This document shows, one piece after another, positions 60,533 to 64,000 of a stretch of DNA of 64,000 nt. The notes beneath the pieces were generated by a model. The model ran no database searches and was not told where the DNA came from. It worked only from the letters and a program-made list of their open reading frames with translations. The stretch spans positions 4,030,001 to 4,094,000 of the forward strand of contig NC_047070.1 of NCBI RefSeq assembly GCF_902459465.1, in the 5' to 3' direction. The translations under genes and the position numbers were made by a program. This DNA is from Asterias rubens (lineage: Eukaryota). Within the stretch, counting starts at the first letter, position 1. Each line of letters opens with the position of its first letter.

Positions 60533-62750
60533 CAAAAATTATGTCGGACTTAATCGTCACCGTCGGACACAATCGTGCGTAACACACGTGCATGCAATTC
60601 GTTCGGAAAAGAAAAAAAAATTAATATATTTTTAAATAATGAAACCAAGGATACCTCATGGTGAGCGTTAAAGCTCACGATTAAAACAAACCACTGTAGC
60701 TTAGAAGCCTTGGGAAACCTGTATCAAGGGTGTTTTGCTTTTGAACAAGAACAAACAGGTTACACTTCCACTGGTCAGTGTTTCGTTTTTTTTTTTACCA
60801 TGCACTACCAATCCTACCACATAAGCATTTCGTTTTGGTACAAAATGTTATAATTTTATAATGAAACAAGGATATCTCATGGTGAGTAGCTCACGAGCTA
60901 CAGTGACAAGCCTATGAAACCTGTATCAAGGGTGCTTGCTATTTGAACCAACACACCACTTCCACTGTATTTGTTTTGTTTTGTATCGTGCACTACCAAC
61001 CCTACACGAGACCTACATCTAAATGTCCCATCCGAAGGACAAATTATAGTTAAGAATCTTGCTGAAGGATTCAGAACATAAGTGCCACGGCCGGGACTTG
61101 AACCCACACGCTGCTGATCGGAAACATCAGAGCTTGAGTCCGGTGCTCATACCCGCTCGGCCATGGTATGGCACATTTTCCTTGACCAATCCTTGAACAC
61201 ACTCCATCACGTTTGATAAACGTTTATTAATAGACCTTATCATTCACATGTTGAAGCCACTGGACACAATTGGTAATTACTCAAAATAATTGTTATAGCA
61301 TATTTTTTACTTGGTAACGAGCAATTGAGAGCTGTTGGTAGTATACAACATTGTGGGAAACGGCTCCCTCTGAAGAAACGTAGTTTTTGAGAAAGAGGTA
61401 GTTTCTCACTCCATGAGTAATAAAACGCTTCAGCTGAAGTCTTTTATTTTGCATCTGAAAGCACACAAATTTGTGCAACAAGGGTGTTTCTCCCCTTTCT
61501 TTCATAATTCTCTAGCATCTTCGATGACCAATTAAGCCCAATTTTCACAGGTTTGTTTATTTATGCATAATATGTTGGGATACAACATGGATAAACCAAG
61601 TGAGAATACTGGCCTTTGACAATTACCAAACGTTTCCAGTGCCTTTAATGCTGTGAAGTGGCATCTGTAGTGTATACTCTTTTAGAGTGAAATTAGAAAC
61701 ATGCATCAATGGATGTCAATAGTACATTAGGTCCAGCATTTACAAATGAATTTCTCGCCAAAATCATCAAATCAAGCAGAACTGACTACAACAAATCTCC
61801 ACACCCAAAGTGCACAGATCCATGTTTGAATTGTGAAGTCGCTAGTTTTTATGATGTTAATTTTGAAGGGCGTCACAAATGCAATGGCGTTTCCAACCTT
61901 TTAAAAGAATAGGTCAGAACTTGTCGTTTTCCCCCTCTTTCATAAGGACTTACACTCTAGTGAAAAGTAAAATGCATCCAAACTGAATTAAATGGAATGT
62001 AGGCCTAGGCTATACCTTCGGTATTTGAATCATTCGATTATTTAAAGGCAGTCGACACTATTGGTAATTACTCAAAATAATTATTGGCATCAAAAACCTT
62101 ACTTGGTAACGAGTAAGAGGTTCATGGAATAAAACATTGTGAGAAACGGCTCCCTCTGAAGTGACGTAGTTTTCGAGAAAGAAGTAATTTTCCACGAATT
62201 TGATTTCGTCACGAAATCAAGCATCGGAAAGCATACACCGTCGTGTGACAAGGGTGTTTTTTTAACGACCAGAAGACTGGTCTTTGACAATTACCAATAG
62301 TGTCCACTGCCTATAATTTATTACTTATTTATTTTATTTCATGATCTTTCTACAGGATACAAACAGCACAACGGCTGTTTTACATTAAGTCCTAAGGAAA
62401 ACATATCTTAGAAATATACTACATAAACCAACCTGTGAAATTTTAATTTCAAAGGTAGAGTTTTTGAGATATATCGCCGTATATTCGGAGCGTTTTGTGT
62501 CTACGCAGGAAGATTAATCCGCTGGAGTAAAACAGTGAACGTTCCTGTCAGTAACATGTCTCAGATTCAAATTTTGGGGGGATACTTTTTTTTTTTTTTT
62601 TTTTTTTTTACATAACCACATTTATACTTCAAAGTGAAATGTTTCTCAACATACTTGATAGTTGATACTATCGAACAAACCTGACGTAGGCTTCTAACCC
62701 AAAGTTTGTATTGCCATTCATTTTAAGAGCGATTACCAAACGTATAAAAA

Positions 62751-62985
62751 GACTGGGATGAGCTTCCTCCACACATCATTGAGCTGCCCACCTTGGAGCA
62801 GTTCAAGGAGGCCATCAGATGCGAGTAGGCATCAAGTCCTGTTTTTACTTGCACACATCTTTATTTTTGTAATATTTCAGCACCCACACACAAACCGTCC
62901 ACCGTCGGCAGCCGCACCCCTTGTCCAGATGCTGAATAGGCTTTGTCAAGTAGCTGAATAGATGTAGATAGATAGATGTAGATGT
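62751..62985 (+). mobile_element. 3' end of a CR1/L2-clade LINE
   Basis: DWDELPPHIIELPTLEQFKEAIRCE* resembles the C-terminal WNxLP...F-K motif of CR1/L2 ORF2. It is followed by a short UTR and a TAGA-type microsatellite tail. Confidence 0.6.
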
Positions 62986-64000
62986 ACGTTATATACCTTC
63001 CCTTTTTCCAGTAATGTATATCCATTTAGCCACTGTACCGCCCAGCCGCATATAGCAATACACTGTATGCGGTACGAGGAAACCTCGCTAGCTTGTGTTT
63101 GAAAAAAAAAGTAACATCAAAAGAAAACTCGATAGTCATTAGTAGGTCTACGCATTTGTTAATATATCTAGTGTTATAGATCGTTATTAATTCTCCCTTC
63201 ACAGTTGACTTGTCGAAGCTAATGATGATGAAATAATTTAGCTCTTACGAAAAATAAAACGCTCATTGGTAAACAGGAAACTGTTCATCATTTATGATGA
63301 TATTGTCGAAAATTAACGCCTTCGCATTTAATCAGTTTTAGCATTGAGCCAGACAAAAGCCTTGAAAAGCTATTGTGTTCATTTTATCCGTGCACAAAAA
63401 TATTCGCCATAAAAATTACCGTAGCCGTTTAACGAGAGGCATTTATTGTTCCCATGAGAACTTGTACTTTTATACAAATATTATTAACGAAAGGGTAAAA
63501 AATTGTGCATACACATTAAGCCATGGCTATCTTTTAAAATTTGAACTACGATTCCAGTAATTTACTGCAAGAATCTTGAGAAATTGGATTTCAGCAAACT
63601 CGGGCTGTGCAGGGACTAAAGGGATATAAACTTTATTTTTGTTCCCAACTTACATAAAGAATTACAATCTATTGAAAAATAAAATCCATTACAAAACTGA
63701 ATTTAACCTCTAGATAATTTTGTTTATTTCCTCGGGAAAAGGTCAAATTATTTTGCTTTTATAAAGTTCCATTTCAATTTTATTACAACAGTCAGCACAA
63801 AATCACGACACTCTTCGCTTGATATTACAAACTGCTATTGCCCCGTGGTGTTTCTCTGTCCATGCTGACATGCCACAACTAAGTTCCGATGACGCCTTCA
63901 AAATTGAACTCAATCACAAAGAAGAATGAAACTGAAAACATCGACTTTTGTTACTCAGTAATGAAGAAGTCAAAAACATCTTTGTTAGAGGGGACCTTTT

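Noticed and set aside
59653-60635. 290-aa and 205-aa Cys/Pro-rich ORFs (LCPTNHCVRPIVS repeats) that look like zinc-finger or keratin-associated proteins
   Set aside because: All frames are open because of the 31-bp repeat; the period is not a multiple of three, so the same peptide cycles through frames.
60640-61010. Duplicated ATGAAA...CATG|GTGAG segments that look like twin first exons
   Set aside because: The two copies are in different frames, encode nothing recognisable, and no downstream exons were found.
1450-62290. Recurrent short ORFs with [17 protein letters not shown] or [13 protein letters not shown] peptides
   Set aside because: They are readings of the non-coding Kolobok-like MITE body, not a gene family, and carry no transposase motifs.

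Overview
AT-rich, repeat-dense animal genomic DNA, probably from a sea star or related echinoderm (inferred from the Cdc25 motifs and the MITE landscape, not proven). Four conserved protein genes could be assembled exon by exon with consistent splice phases. They are ZDHHC16 (+, 8 coding exons, one U12-type intron), SLBP (-, 6 exons), Cdc25 (+, 11 coding exons, head-to-head with SLBP) and an intronless class A GPCR (+). The most novel element is a small multi-exon gene at about 40.3-44.6 kb that the ORF track misses. It encodes a 69-aa secreted precursor: signal peptide, then GFVRRRRTFVVKR, an acidic spacer, and KK-WVANDKAPM-G-RK. It lies 3.8 kb upstream of the orphan GPCR, which lacks the usual TM3-ECL2 disulfide and has acidic residues in its predicted pocket. 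The rest is dominated by non-autonomous DNA transposons (more than 20 Kolobok-like TTAA MITE copies, plus PIF/Harbinger-like, hAT-like and hairpin MITEs), tRNA-derived SINEs, a LINE tail and several minisatellites. All coordinates were counted by hand and no database searches were run.
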